Made by a program: the position numbers and the translations under genes. DNA of 64,000 bases from Rhodothermales bacterium (GTDB taxonomy: Bacteria > Bacteroidota > Rhodothermia > Rhodothermales > Bin80): NCBI GenBank assembly GCA_965220935.1, contig OZ244857.1:2796450-2860449 (forward strand). The letters are read 5' to 3'. Of the stretch, positions 20,148 to 30,354 are shown in pieces; position 1 is the stretch's first letter, and the number at the start of each line of letters is the position of its first letter. Under the pieces are notes generated by a model that was given only the letters and a program-made list of their open reading frames with translations, was not told the origin of the DNA and did not search any database.

Positions 20148-20744
20148 CTAGTGAGACGGAACGGCGATGAGCTCAAAGGAAATGACGAGTTCATCGCCGG
20201 TCCTGTATGCCCCAAACATCATACTAGGCGGCTTGAGTCCATAATCAGTCATCAGAATTTCGTGTTGACCAGAAAAATGGATTTTCCCATCCAATGATTT
20301 AATGCCCTCAACTGGCACGGTGATTTCATTTGTTTCCGCTGCAATTGTTAGATTGCCTGATGTGTTGAGGGTAAAGGTACTATCATCCACCATAGAGATG
20401 TCTGACACGCCAGATAACTCATAGACGATCTCCGGGTACTCGTCGGCTTTCAGCGCTCCGTACATGCCCCGGTCCATGATAGGACTTTTCCCGCTTTTCA
20501 TCATTTTAGAGGGGACGACCACTCGTACAGAATCTACGCTACCCTCCTCATTCATGCTGATTGTTCCATCAATCTGCGTCGCATAAACGGACCACTCTGG
20601 TGTCTGATTTGAGGTTCCATCCACCTGTATAGTACTCTCAGGATCAACCATATAGTTTAATGTCTGTGCGTTAACAGATGCATTAAGAGACAATACAATC
20701 AATAGTCCAAAGAGTAAAGATTTTACGTTGAAAAAACATATCAT
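20148..20744 (-). CDS. YceI-family periplasmic binding protein
   Basis: Signal peptide; MDRGMYGALKADEYPEI, GNLTIA and MTDYGLKPP motifs. Confidence 0.85.
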   Translation of the reverse strand: MICFFNVKSLLFGLLIVLSLNASVNAQTLNYMVDPESTIQVDGTSNQTPEWSVYATQIDGTISMNEEGSVDSVRVVVPSKMMKSGKSPIMDRGMYGALKADEYPEIVYELSGVSDISMVDDSTFTLNTSGNLTIAAETNEITVPVEGIKSLDGKIHFSGQHEILMTDYGLKPPSMMFGAYRTGDELVISFELIAVPSH

Positions 20745-21126
20745 GATCTTGTAGGAGTTGTGATTTCTAGTAAGGATTTGAACTCATCTATGAGTGTGAA
20801 AATTAGTAAAGATCCAGAAATACAGCCGAATGAAGTATAAAACTTTGTTTACCCATTTTAAGATAACAATTCTTACACCTCTAACTTTCCGACAGAATTG
20901 AAGGTTTCATTACCTGATCGTGATTAAACAGTGTCCGTCCATCTGTACATGGACTCCACCTCGTATACTCAGATTGATCCGAAACTCTCCCTGAAAAAAT
21001 CTCATTTCCAAGGTGTGTGGGTTATATATGGGCTTCACATACGAAAACTGGATCTATCTCCCATTATTGATTACTCCAATCTATACAATCATTTTATTAT
21101 ATTAGGTAAACTTAAATTACTTTCAC

Positions 21127-22527
21127 ATGCTACGTATATTTTCTTTGCTTATCATCACCACGATGATTGCATTTTCGAGCCACGCCCAGCAATGGACAAC
21201 CCTTGTTGATGGGGACAACCTTTCTGAATGGGAAAAACTTGGTGGAGATGCTTCCTATACTGCATCTGATGGTGAGGTTACTGGAACCACAGCTGCCAAC
21301 ACTCCCAATACATTTCTGGCTACTAAGCAGACTTATGGAGACTTCGTACTAAGCGTAGAATTATGGGTTGATCCAGATATTAATTCTGGCATTCAAATTC
21401 GGAGCGAATCCAAGGAGGATTATCTCAATGGGCGAGTCCACGGCTATCAGGTTGAGATTGATCCTAGTCCACGCGCCTGGAGTGGAGGGATTTATGATGA
21501 AGCACGCAGAGGCTGGTTATATCCTCTTTCCGTGAATCAGGACTGTCGCAAGGCATTTGATGTTCAGAATTGGAATCATTACTATGTTGAAGCCATCGGC
21601 CATTCAATCCGAACATGGGTCAATGACATCCCATGTGCTGCTCTTTATGATGACATGACATCTTCTGGTTTTATTGCCCTCCAAGTCCATAGTGTCCCTG
21701 ATTCATCTCTCAGCGGCCGTCATGTCCGTTGGCGCAATATCAGAATCATGGATGAAAATTTAACACCGCGCCCATGGACTGACAATTATGTGATTAATCT
21801 AGTTCCAAATACGTTGAGTCAGCAGGAAATGCATCAAGGATTTTCCCTACTTTTTGACGGTAATACAACAGACGGTTGGAGAGGGGCAGGAAAAGAATCA
21901 TTCCCCGAAAAAGGCTGGAAAGTCGTTGATGAGACCCTGATGGTAGAATCTTCTGGTGGTGCTGAATCTGCTTACGGGGGGGATATCGTGACCCTGGATG
22001 AATATTCTACCTTTGAGTTTAGTTTAGATTTTAAGCTCACCGAGGGTGCGAACAGTGGAATCAAATATTTTATCACTGAATCTTATGGAAGTGATGCATC
22101 GGCCATTGGACTTGAGTTTCAGCTACTTGATGATGAAAACCATCCAGATGCGGCCCAGGGTGCCGCTGGGAATCGAACACTAGGATCTCTTTATGATCTG
22201 ATTCCTCCTGTCAGTGGAAAAACTGTCCGTAAGCCTGGTCAATGGAATCGAGCACGGGTCGTAGTCAATGGAACCCGCACAGATGAAAGATTTCGCGGCA
22301 ACGCTATGGAAAGCAGCGATTTTGTAGGAGCCCATGTAGAACACTGGCTCAACGATCGGAAAGTACTGGAATACGAACGTGGGACGCCAGTATTTGATGC
22401 CCTAGTTGCACGTAGTAAATATGTCGTCTGGGAAGGATTTGGACACTGGCCCAAAGGACATATCCTCCTTCAAGATCATGGGGATGAAGTCCACTTCCGT
22501 AGTATTAAAGTCCGTCGACTTGATTAA
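21127..22527 (+). CDS. tandem DUF1080 (3-keto-disaccharide hydrolase-like) protein
   Basis: Two domains with NSGIQ/NSGIKY, GYQVEID/LEFQLLD, WNHY/WNRA and LQVH/LQDHG motifs; signal peptide. Confidence 0.9.
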   Translation: MLRIFSLLIITTMIAFSSHAQQWTTLVDGDNLSEWEKLGGDASYTASDGEVTGTTAANTPNTFLATKQTYGDFVLSVELWVDPDINSGIQIRSESKEDYLNGRVHGYQVEIDPSPRAWSGGIYDEARRGWLYPLSVNQDCRKAFDVQNWNHYYVEAIGHSIRTWVNDIPCAALYDDMTSSGFIALQVHSVPDSSLSGRHVRWRNIRIMDENLTPRPWTDNYVINLVPNTLSQQEMHQGFSLLFDGNTTDGWRGAGKESFPEKGWKVVDETLMVESSGGAESAYGGDIVTLDEYSTFEFSLDFKLTEGANSGIKYFITESYGSDASAIGLEFQLLDDENHPDAAQGAAGNRTLGSLYDLIPPVSGKTVRKPGQWNRARVVVNGTRTDERFRGNAMESSDFVGAHVEHWLNDRKVLEYERGTPVFDALVARSKYVVWEGFGHWPKGHILLQDHGDEVHFRSIKVRRLD

Positions 22528-22608
22528 TGGCCGAATACCAACCATTCCTTACGGTATAGTCGCCAATGGCAGACTATATCTTTTTGCTGAATTCTATCAA
22601 GTGCTACC

Positions 22609-23607
22609 ATGAGGGGGGCTCAACTTCGCTGGGGAGTGATGTCATGTGCTCGTATCGCTCAAAATCATGTCATTCCAGCAATTCAAGATAGCCACCGAGG
22701 CACCGTTGTCGCCATTGCATCAAGGGATGCTGATGTAGCCAACACGGTTGCGAAATCTCATCAGATCCCTATTGTGTGTTCTTCGTACGAGGAATTAATT
22801 AATCTCAACACGATTGATGCAATCTATATCCCCCTGCCAAATCATCTTCATGTTGAATGGAGCATTAAAGCCGTTGAAGCGGGTAAGCATGTGCTGTGTG
22901 AGAAACCACTAGGCCTCAGCGAGAACGATCTGGAACCCCTTGTCTCCGTCTCTAAAAAACGCCCAGATATCATTGTTGGTGAAGCGTTCATGTACAGACA
23001 CCACCCTCAGTGGAGCTATACATTTGCAGCGATTAAATCCCAAAAAATTGGAGACCTAAAAAGCGTTCATGTTCATTTTTCTTATGATAACAAGGATCCG
23101 CAAAATATTCGTAATCAATTAGAGTTTGGCGGCGGAGGACTGATGGATATTGGCTGTTATGGTATTTCAGTCGCACGCTGGTTATATCGCTCCGAACCCC
23201 TACGAGTATGTGCACTCATGGAGCGCGATCCAGAATTCAAAACAGATATACACACAACGATTGTCTTAGATTTTCCGATGGGAAGTGCAACCGTTGTCTG
23301 TGCGACACAAATGCATAGATTTCAACACGTCTCTTTGGTTGGAACTGACGGCCGAATAATTTTGGAAGAGCCATTCAATATCTCTCCAGATGTCGAAGCA
23401 CATATAGAATTCCAACAAGGACTCAGTAAAAATTTGACCATCATCATGCCATCAATGAATCAGTTTTCACTACAATTTGACGCATTCGCGGCAGCTGTTC
23501 AGGAGGGTAAACCGTTTTCTACTCCTATCTCAGATTCGCAATGCAATATGCATGTCATTGATGCATGTTTTCAAAGTGCTGAGTCAAAATCGTGGGTTTC
23601 CTGCTGA
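22609..23607 (+). CDS. Gfo/Idh/MocA-family oxidoreductase
   Basis: YIPLPNHLH, GKHVLCEKP, EAFMYRHHPQ and GGGGLMDIGCY motifs. Confidence 0.92.
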   Translation: MRGAQLRWGVMSCARIAQNHVIPAIQDSHRGTVVAIASRDADVANTVAKSHQIPIVCSSYEELINLNTIDAIYIPLPNHLHVEWSIKAVEAGKHVLCEKPLGLSENDLEPLVSVSKKRPDIIVGEAFMYRHHPQWSYTFAAIKSQKIGDLKSVHVHFSYDNKDPQNIRNQLEFGGGGLMDIGCYGISVARWLYRSEPLRVCALMERDPEFKTDIHTTIVLDFPMGSATVVCATQMHRFQHVSLVGTDGRIILEEPFNISPDVEAHIEFQQGLSKNLTIIMPSMNQFSLQFDAFAAAVQEGKPFSTPISDSQCNMHVIDACFQSAESKSWVSC

Positions 23608-23776
23608 GATCAGGAGTGTCTATTTCTGTTAATAATTTAGAGTCAACAAATCAAGCAACAATCTATTTTCAAATGTGAACGATGATGTTTATAGATTAAA
23701 ATCGGCAGTACTATTGGGTGATTTGACCTGAATGGTAATCAGGGCTCATAGGACTGTGCAATTGTTACTGACATAT

Positions 23777-23819
23777 CAGGTGCTCCCACCAACTCAAACT
23801 GAGTTGGCGGGAGCACCTG
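23777..23819. repeat. 20-bp inverted repeat hairpin
   Basis: CAGGTGCTCCCACCAACTCA-AAC-TGAGTTGGCGGGAGCACCTG, 19/20 paired. Confidence 0.85.
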
Positions 23820-24102
23820 CGTTATCTTTGAGAAATTAAAAAGGGGGGAAGTTTGATTAATCCCCTAAATCACACCATCTAAATGAATACTAACAACCGC
23901 CTCATTAACCCATATTATTCACTACAACTTAGCGATCAAAACTTTTTTCTTTTAATTGGAGCTTTTTTTTCAACTAACCTGATTTACCCTTAATAAGCCT
24001 ATTATATGGGTGTTCAGGGTTATTTCGTTGGAGATGTATCTGGATGATTCGTGGAATAGGTGATGATTAATCAACTTCACCTATTAAGTGATAAACAAAT
24101 CA

Positions 24103-25390
24103 GGGCCTTCCGCCTAAAGTGTGAGAGAAATTGTAAATTTAAGGAATTTTCGTAGCATACTTGGTAAAATTTATCCTACTGACTATGGTTAATGATTCAC
24201 TTAACAATTTAATCAACAAATGAAAAAGAATTCGGTGAGTAAAAGTTTAGGTATAGAGGCACCATGGAAGATTATAGAGGATGATACAGCGAAACAGAGG
24301 ACGGTGACTTGTACTGACACATCGTCACTGGAGTGTCCAAAGTGTGGAAAGGCGAGTCCATTTTATGATTTGCGATCTGCGCGTCAATGGCGGCATTTGG
24401 ATACCTGTAACTATCAAACGGCGTTGAGAGCGCAGGTTCCCCGGGTCAAGTGTAGTGAGTGTGGGGTAAAGACGGCGCGGGTTCCATGGGCGGGCCCGAG
24501 TTCTCGGTATACTTTGAGGAGTCGGTAATTGGGTGGATCAAAGAGGCGAGTATATTGGCGATTTCGCGCCAGATGGGGCTTGGATGGAAAGTCATTGCGG
24601 GCATTGTTCATCGTGGACTGGCAAGAAAAAAAAGAGCAGGTCGTTGCGAACATCTGTGTCGATGAGGTGGCTTATAAGAAAGGACATAAGTACTTTACTG
24701 TCGTATCCGATGCCGACACAGCAACGGTGTCGGCATTGGGCGTGATCAAAAGGTGTTGATGCGTTAGCAATTATCCACCGAGCAGTTGAACGGGATCAGG
24801 AGTATGAACATGGACATGTGGCCTGCCTATATTCGTGCAACCTTAGCTTGTCTGCCAGACGCAAAAAAGAAGATCTGCTTTGATCGGTTTCATGTCGCGA
24901 AGCATCTGGGAGATTCGGTTGATAAAGTCCAGCACAAAGCGCTCCTCAAGGAAGGCAATCCGATTCTGACGGGGACCAAGTATAGTTGGCTTAAAAGTCC
25001 TCACAACATGTCATTAGCAGGGCCTTCCATGCCATTCGCACCAGTTCCCTCCAAAGCCTGGGCCAAACGTTCAGAAACATGTGGGACTATAAAAGCGCAA
25101 CTTGGGACTTGGAATAAAACATTGAGTTGGGCTATGCGCTTGAGCCAGTCAAAGATGTCGCAGAATGATTAGAAAGCATCTCTGGGGGATCATCAATGCC
25201 ATTGTTCTTGATGTCAGTAATGGCCCGGCTGAAAGCATCAATAGTCGGATCAAAACCGTCAAAATCCGCGCACATGGATTCTGCAATAAAGAACGATTTA
25301 TTGATGCAATTTACTTCCATTTGGGCGGACTTGATCTAAGCCCCAGATACGCAAAATCATGACTTTTTTCACAAAAAAAGCGGAAGCGCC
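24103..25390 (+). mobile_element. second ISL3-family insertion sequence (degenerate)
   Basis: Imperfect ends GGGCCTTCCGCC.. and ..AGCGGAAGCGCC about 1.29 kb apart around transposase fragments; no target duplication seen. Confidence 0.75.
24220..25362 (+). pseudogene. ISL3 transposase, multiply frameshifted
   Basis: CPKCGK..YDLRSARQWRHLD, ICVDEVAYKKGHKY, MDMWPAY..FDRFHV and SNGPAESINSRIK..RAHGF in different frames. Confidence 0.9.
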
Positions 25391-25758
25391 ATTTACAAAC
25401 TGTTAGAGTAATAAACCACCTCTGTCTTCAAAAATGGTTTTGCGGATTGGATTGTTGGTGAGAGATTCACAGGATTTGTTATGGAGTCTGTATTAGTGCA
25501 GATGCCATGATTGGATAAATTTCACTAGATCAGCCCATGAGAGTAGTACCGATAAAGATTGATCCAATGGCCTCTATCAGATTAGTCACTTGTTTTTACG
25601 GTGGCTTTTCGCCCCATAGGACTACCCTCATGCAGTTTGTTAAGTCATTGACCCACCCCCTTGAACATTCGTGGCACACTGCCCTATGGAATGTATTTTC
25701 GGCGAGGCTTTTGCTTGGATGGTTCAGGATTGACCAATTCAATGGGAATATATCTGTC

Positions 25759-26007
25759 ATGAATGACTCTAAGAACAAAATTGATACAGAGTCCACCTCA
25801 ACTGAGAAATCTAACTCAAAATCACACAATTCTGACAAGTTAGATGAGGAAATACTGATCGGACTTTTTGCCCTACTTGCCTACTTTGGATATCCTATTG
25901 AGAAGGCATTCAGTAGCACACTTGAGCCTACAATGGATAAACTCTTTAATGTACTTTCTTCGTATATGAAGAATCAAAAGCTCCGACCACAAAGAGGAAA
26001 ATATTGA
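25759..26007 (+). CDS. small hypothetical protein with one hydrophobic segment
   Basis: In-frame ATG within ORF 25537..26007; Ser/Lys-rich N-terminus, then ILIGLFALLAYFGY. Confidence 0.35.
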   Translation: MNDSKNKIDTESTSTEKSNSKSHNSDKLDEEILIGLFALLAYFGYPIEKAFSSTLEPTMDKLFNVLSSYMKNQKLRPQRGKY

Positions 26008-26453
26008 GTTACACGATAATGTTGTTCACCGACTTCTGTTCAATTCCAGCAGATATCCGGCCCTGTATCAATTTCCCTTTCAGATTAAAGTAAATCTGAC
26101 AATATGTCCACAGGTATAAGGACAACTGGGAAAGCCTCAACAAATGATTAAGCGTCTCGGTGTGAACACCTCGTCAATGTTGTTTTCGTGTTGACGCGCC
26201 GTGTTTTTTTACATATATGTCTATGGTCAAATTTATTGACCGTCTCATAAGAAACGGCGTACGAAGATAAAACATCTTCGGTCTTGTAGCCTTTGATAGA
26301 ACCTTACCATTTCATTAATTGATCTAATCTCAGATGATTAATTTCATTTATGATTTATCGCGTAGGATGTCGCCTTAAAAAACAAAGGATGCTAACCATC
26401 TAACACACTTATGTCAATAACCGTACCATTATTTTAATGGGTACTTGACTCTG

Positions 26454-27956
26454 TTAATCCACTTCCCCCATAAGGCGCTTGATCCATGGAAATACCACCA
26501 GCGCCACTATTCCAGCAATTCCAATGGTCATGGCAACATTCCAAAAAAGATCTACAGGAGCAAGCGTTTCTAACTGTCCAGCTACAAGTCCAGCAAATAA
26601 ATTCCCCAATGCAGTTCCAATAAACCAGACACCCATCATTTGCCCGACTCGCCCAGCGGGTGCTAATTTCGTAATTGATGATAACCCAACTGGACTCAGA
26701 CTCAACTCCCCCACCGTATGAAGAAAATACATCACCACTAGCCACGCTGGAGATACGAGTGAACCATTTTGTGCATTCGCAGCACCCCATGCAATCACAA
26801 AAAAACCTGCCGAAAGTGCCAGCAGTCCGAGCGCAAATTTGACTGGAATTGAAGGATTGCGCTGCAACCTCGCTAGGGCAACCCATAGAGATCCAAAGAC
26901 TGGGGCTAAAATAATGATGAATGTAGAATTGACAGACTGAAGCCAACTCGCTGGTAGCTCCCATCCCCCCAACATCCTATCGGTTGAATCACGAGCAAAT
27001 AAATTAAGAGACGAGCCCGCTTGTTCAAACCCCGACCAGAAAATAGCGGAAAGGATAAATAGCCAGAAAATAACCACCAGACGTTTCTTTTCAAGAACTG
27101 TATGATCGGTAAATATCAGTAGATAGGCAAAAAATAGTACTGCAATCACGATCACTGAATACCCCAACCCTGCGGCAATCGCCTCTAATTCAAGTGCCTG
27201 CAACAATAACGTACCCAGAATCACAGCAACGATCAATGAAACGGCTACCACAATGTAGGTCAATTGGGTCTTTCGTTTTAACACCTCCTTCGAAACATTC
27301 GTACTTAATAGACCTGCATGACCCAGATATTTAGTTCCAAAACGATACTGAATCAATCCTAAAATCATGCCCAATCCTGCCACCGAGAATCCATAATGCC
27401 AGTTGTAAGCCTCTCCCAGCCATCCCGTCAAAATCGGCCCAGCAAAAGCCCCAAGATTGATTCCCATATAAAAAATGGAAAACCCTGCATCTCTTCTTGC
27501 ACCCCCTTCAGGGTACAAATCTCCAACCATGGTACTCACGTTCGGCTTGAGTAAACCGGTCCCAATGGCAATCAACATCAACCCAACAAAAAAACTGAAT
27601 TGCTCTGGTAACCCTACCAGAGGCCCCGCCATCGTAAAATGCCCTAATGCAATGATGCATCCCCCGACAAAAACAGCCCTGCGTTGCCCCCAAATATTAT
27701 CAGCTATCCATCCTCCTGGCAAGGCAAATACATATACAAAAAATGTATATAAACCGTAAATCGCCCCCGCTTTTCCCTCCCCAAAATCCAACCCAGGATT
27801 TCCACCCACAGCTGCGGTGGTCATAAATAGCACCAAGAGCGCACGCATACCATAGTAACTGAATCGCTCCCACAGCTCTGTGAAAAAAAGTGTTGACAAC
27901 CCTCTCGGATGGCCGAACCATTGAGCATCTTGTTGAGAATTCATAGGGGAAATCAT
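26454..27956 (-). CDS. proton-dependent oligopeptide transporter (POT/PTR family)
   Basis: FGHPRGL, ELWERFSYYGMR (ExxERFxYY), GTGLLKPN and FSIFYMGINLG motifs. Confidence 0.95.
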   Translation of the reverse strand: MISPMNSQQDAQWFGHPRGLSTLFFTELWERFSYYGMRALLVLFMTTAAVGGNPGLDFGEGKAGAIYGLYTFFVYVFALPGGWIADNIWGQRRAVFVGGCIIALGHFTMAGPLVGLPEQFSFFVGLMLIAIGTGLLKPNVSTMVGDLYPEGGARRDAGFSIFYMGINLGAFAGPILTGWLGEAYNWHYGFSVAGLGMILGLIQYRFGTKYLGHAGLLSTNVSKEVLKRKTQLTYIVVAVSLIVAVILGTLLLQALELEAIAAGLGYSVIVIAVLFFAYLLIFTDHTVLEKKRLVVIFWLFILSAIFWSGFEQAGSSLNLFARDSTDRMLGGWELPASWLQSVNSTFIIILAPVFGSLWVALARLQRNPSIPVKFALGLLALSAGFFVIAWGAANAQNGSLVSPAWLVVMYFLHTVGELSLSPVGLSSITKLAPAGRVGQMMGVWFIGTALGNLFAGLVAGQLETLAPVDLFWNVAMTIGIAGIVALVVFPWIKRLMGEVD

Positions 27957-28069
27957 CGTTTAGATCGTATAAGATACGAGTCTGATGGAAAATATTCCCA
28001 TCAACGCGATTTCATTAAATACATGGTGGACTTTTTAACCGCCTCTTCATTACTAATAAATACATTGAC

Positions 28070-29905
28070 ATGATGTCAACAAATCCTGAGAAAACACCAA
28101 ATCTGCATTCTGATCGCAGTCATACATGTGGAGAACTCACTGATGCACACTTGGATCAGCAAGTGATCCTAAAAGGTTGGGTTGATACCCGACGTGACCT
28201 AGGAGGCGTCATTTTTGTGGATCTACGAGACCGATATGGACTTACACAGGTCGTGTTTTCACCTCAAAATAATGCTCAAGCTCATGAACTCGCCGATAAA
28301 CTACGCAACGAGTTTGTCATCTCTGTCGTTGGCTCTGTCGCCTTACGTTCAAAAGAAACGATTAATCCTAAGATCTCAACAGGGATGATTGAGGTTCGTG
28401 TTGTGGATCTGCTAATCCTATCTTTCTCTGATCCACTGCCATTTTCTATTTCAAGTCACACACAGAAGACAAAACTCGCATCCGAGGACTTACGTCTTCG
28501 GTATCGCTATCTTGATCTCCGCAGACCAACCCTCCAACAAAAACTGATTCTAAGACATCAAGCTTATCAGGTGATTCATCGATACTTTGATGATCAAGGG
28601 TTTCTGGAAGTAGAAACGCCAACCCTCATGAAATCAACCCCCGAAGGTGCCCGTGATTACCTAGTACCAAGTCGGGTCCACCCTGAATCGTTTTATGCCC
28701 TGCCTCAAAGCCCTCAAACCTACAAGCAACTTCTGATGGTCGGAGGCCTAGATAAGTATGTTCAAATTGTTAAATGCTTTAGAGATGAAGACCTGCGTGC
28801 TGACCGTCAACCCGAGTTTACCCAGATTGACATAGAGATGGCATTTGCAAACGAAGAAATGATTTATTCTGTCACCGAAGGACTCATGAAATCTCTTTGG
28901 CAGGATGTCCTCAATGTTACACTCTCGCCTCCATTTCCACGCTTAACCTATCAGGAGGCGATGTGCAAATATGGATCTGATAAGCCCGACATCCGATTTG
29001 ATCTTGAAATTTGCGACCTCAGTTCAGTCTTCAAAGATTCAGGGTTTCGCGTCTTTGATCAAACACTCTCTAAAGGTGGATCTGTCTTAGGACTTGTCAT
29101 ACCAACCTATGGAGATAAGGGGCGTGGGTATATGGATCGATTAGATAAGACGGTGGTCCAAAGGCAGATCGGCGCAGGCGGCCTGATACATATTCGGATA
29201 CCATCCGATGGAACAGCACCAAATTGCTCAGTCAAATCACATGTGCTTGCGGAATCCTTTGTTGAGAATGCAATTCAGTCCTCTGATGCTCAAACTGGTG
29301 ATCTCTTACTTCTGTTGTGTGGCCAGTGGCCTCATGTCCATCAACAGATGGGATCTTTACGACTGCACATGGCCAACGAATTGGGCTGTATTGATGAAGA
29401 TTTATGGAAATTTGTGTGGGTTACAGATTTTCCACTCTTAGAATTTGATCAACAACAAAACCGCTATTCTTCTAAGCATCATCCCTTTACTTCTCCAAAA
29501 CATGAGGATATTCCATTATTGGCAACCCATCCCGACCGTGTAGAGGCGCGTGCGTATGATATTGTCCTGAATGGCATGGAGATCGGCGGCGGATCCATCC
29601 GTATTCATGACCGAGAGATCCAAAAAAAGGTATTTGATATTCTTGGAATTTCGGAGGAAGAGAGCGAGGATAGATTTGGGTTTTTGCTTGACGCTTTCCG
29701 TTACGGTGCGCCGCCTCATGGCGGAATAGCCTTGGGACTTGATCGAATTGTCATGCTACTTTCTGGTTCCACATCTCTTAGAGAAGTGATTGCATTCCCA
29801 AAAACCCAAAGTGCCCAGGAACCAATGTCTGGCACCCCCGCAGCCGTAGACTCCGAGAGATTGAGCGAGCTAAATATTCAATCCGTTCCCCAGAAAGATG
29901 ATTGA
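28070..29905 (+). CDS. aspS: aspartate--tRNA ligase
   Basis: RDLGGVIFVDLRD, TPEGARDYLVPSR, FRDEDLRADRQPEFTQID and GAPPHGGIALGLDR motifs. Confidence 0.98.
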   Translation: MMSTNPEKTPNLHSDRSHTCGELTDAHLDQQVILKGWVDTRRDLGGVIFVDLRDRYGLTQVVFSPQNNAQAHELADKLRNEFVISVVGSVALRSKETINPKISTGMIEVRVVDLLILSFSDPLPFSISSHTQKTKLASEDLRLRYRYLDLRRPTLQQKLILRHQAYQVIHRYFDDQGFLEVETPTLMKSTPEGARDYLVPSRVHPESFYALPQSPQTYKQLLMVGGLDKYVQIVKCFRDEDLRADRQPEFTQIDIEMAFANEEMIYSVTEGLMKSLWQDVLNVTLSPPFPRLTYQEAMCKYGSDKPDIRFDLEICDLSSVFKDSGFRVFDQTLSKGGSVLGLVIPTYGDKGRGYMDRLDKTVVQRQIGAGGLIHIRIPSDGTAPNCSVKSHVLAESFVENAIQSSDAQTGDLLLLLCGQWPHVHQQMGSLRLHMANELGCIDEDLWKFVWVTDFPLLEFDQQQNRYSSKHHPFTSPKHEDIPLLATHPDRVEARAYDIVLNGMEIGGGSIRIHDREIQKKVFDILGISEEESEDRFGFLLDAFRYGAPPHGGIALGLDRIVMLLSGSTSLREVIAFPKTQSAQEPMSGTPAAVDSERLSELNIQSVPQKDD

Positions 29906-30338
29906 TGGATACGCCACACTATTAAAGGATCATTTCCCTTGGAAACGCTGGGAAAAACTCATTCTATCCGAAGGCGTGGAGCTGGATCGCCCTCAATCCA
30001 CTCCACATCCACGATATCCAGATATCATCTATCCTATGAACTATGGTTACATCTGCAATACGACGAGTTCTGATCATGCGGAGGTGGATGTGTTTGTCGG
30101 ATCTGGATGTCGTAAATTAAGTGGAATGATCGTGACCCATGACTACCGGCAAAAAGATCAAGAAATCAAACTGTTGTGGCGTTGCATTCCGTCTGAGATA
30201 TATATGGCTTATGGCTTCATCAACTTTGATCGCTCAAAACTGACAGGAGAGCTCGTGCTTCGCTATCCAATGAAGAAACTCTGGAAAATAATGAAACATT
30301 CAGAAGAGAATTCTGTAAGAGGTGAGTCAGTTCATTAA
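29898..30338 (+). CDS. small inorganic pyrophosphatase-like protein
   Basis: HPRYPDIIYPMNYGYI..TTSSD..VDVFVG resembles the family I PPase signature; overlaps the aspS stop. Confidence 0.65.
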   Translation: MIDGYATLLKDHFPWKRWEKLILSEGVELDRPQSTPHPRYPDIIYPMNYGYICNTTSSDHAEVDVFVGSGCRKLSGMIVTHDYRQKDQEIKLLWRCIPSEIYMAYGFINFDRSKLTGELVLRYPMKKLWKIMKHSEENSVRGESVH

Positions 30339-30354
30339 TTGTTCTTTACATATT

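Noticed and set aside
24095-25398. Target-site duplication for the second ISL3
   Set aside because: The flanks ACAAATCA and ATTTACAA do not match.
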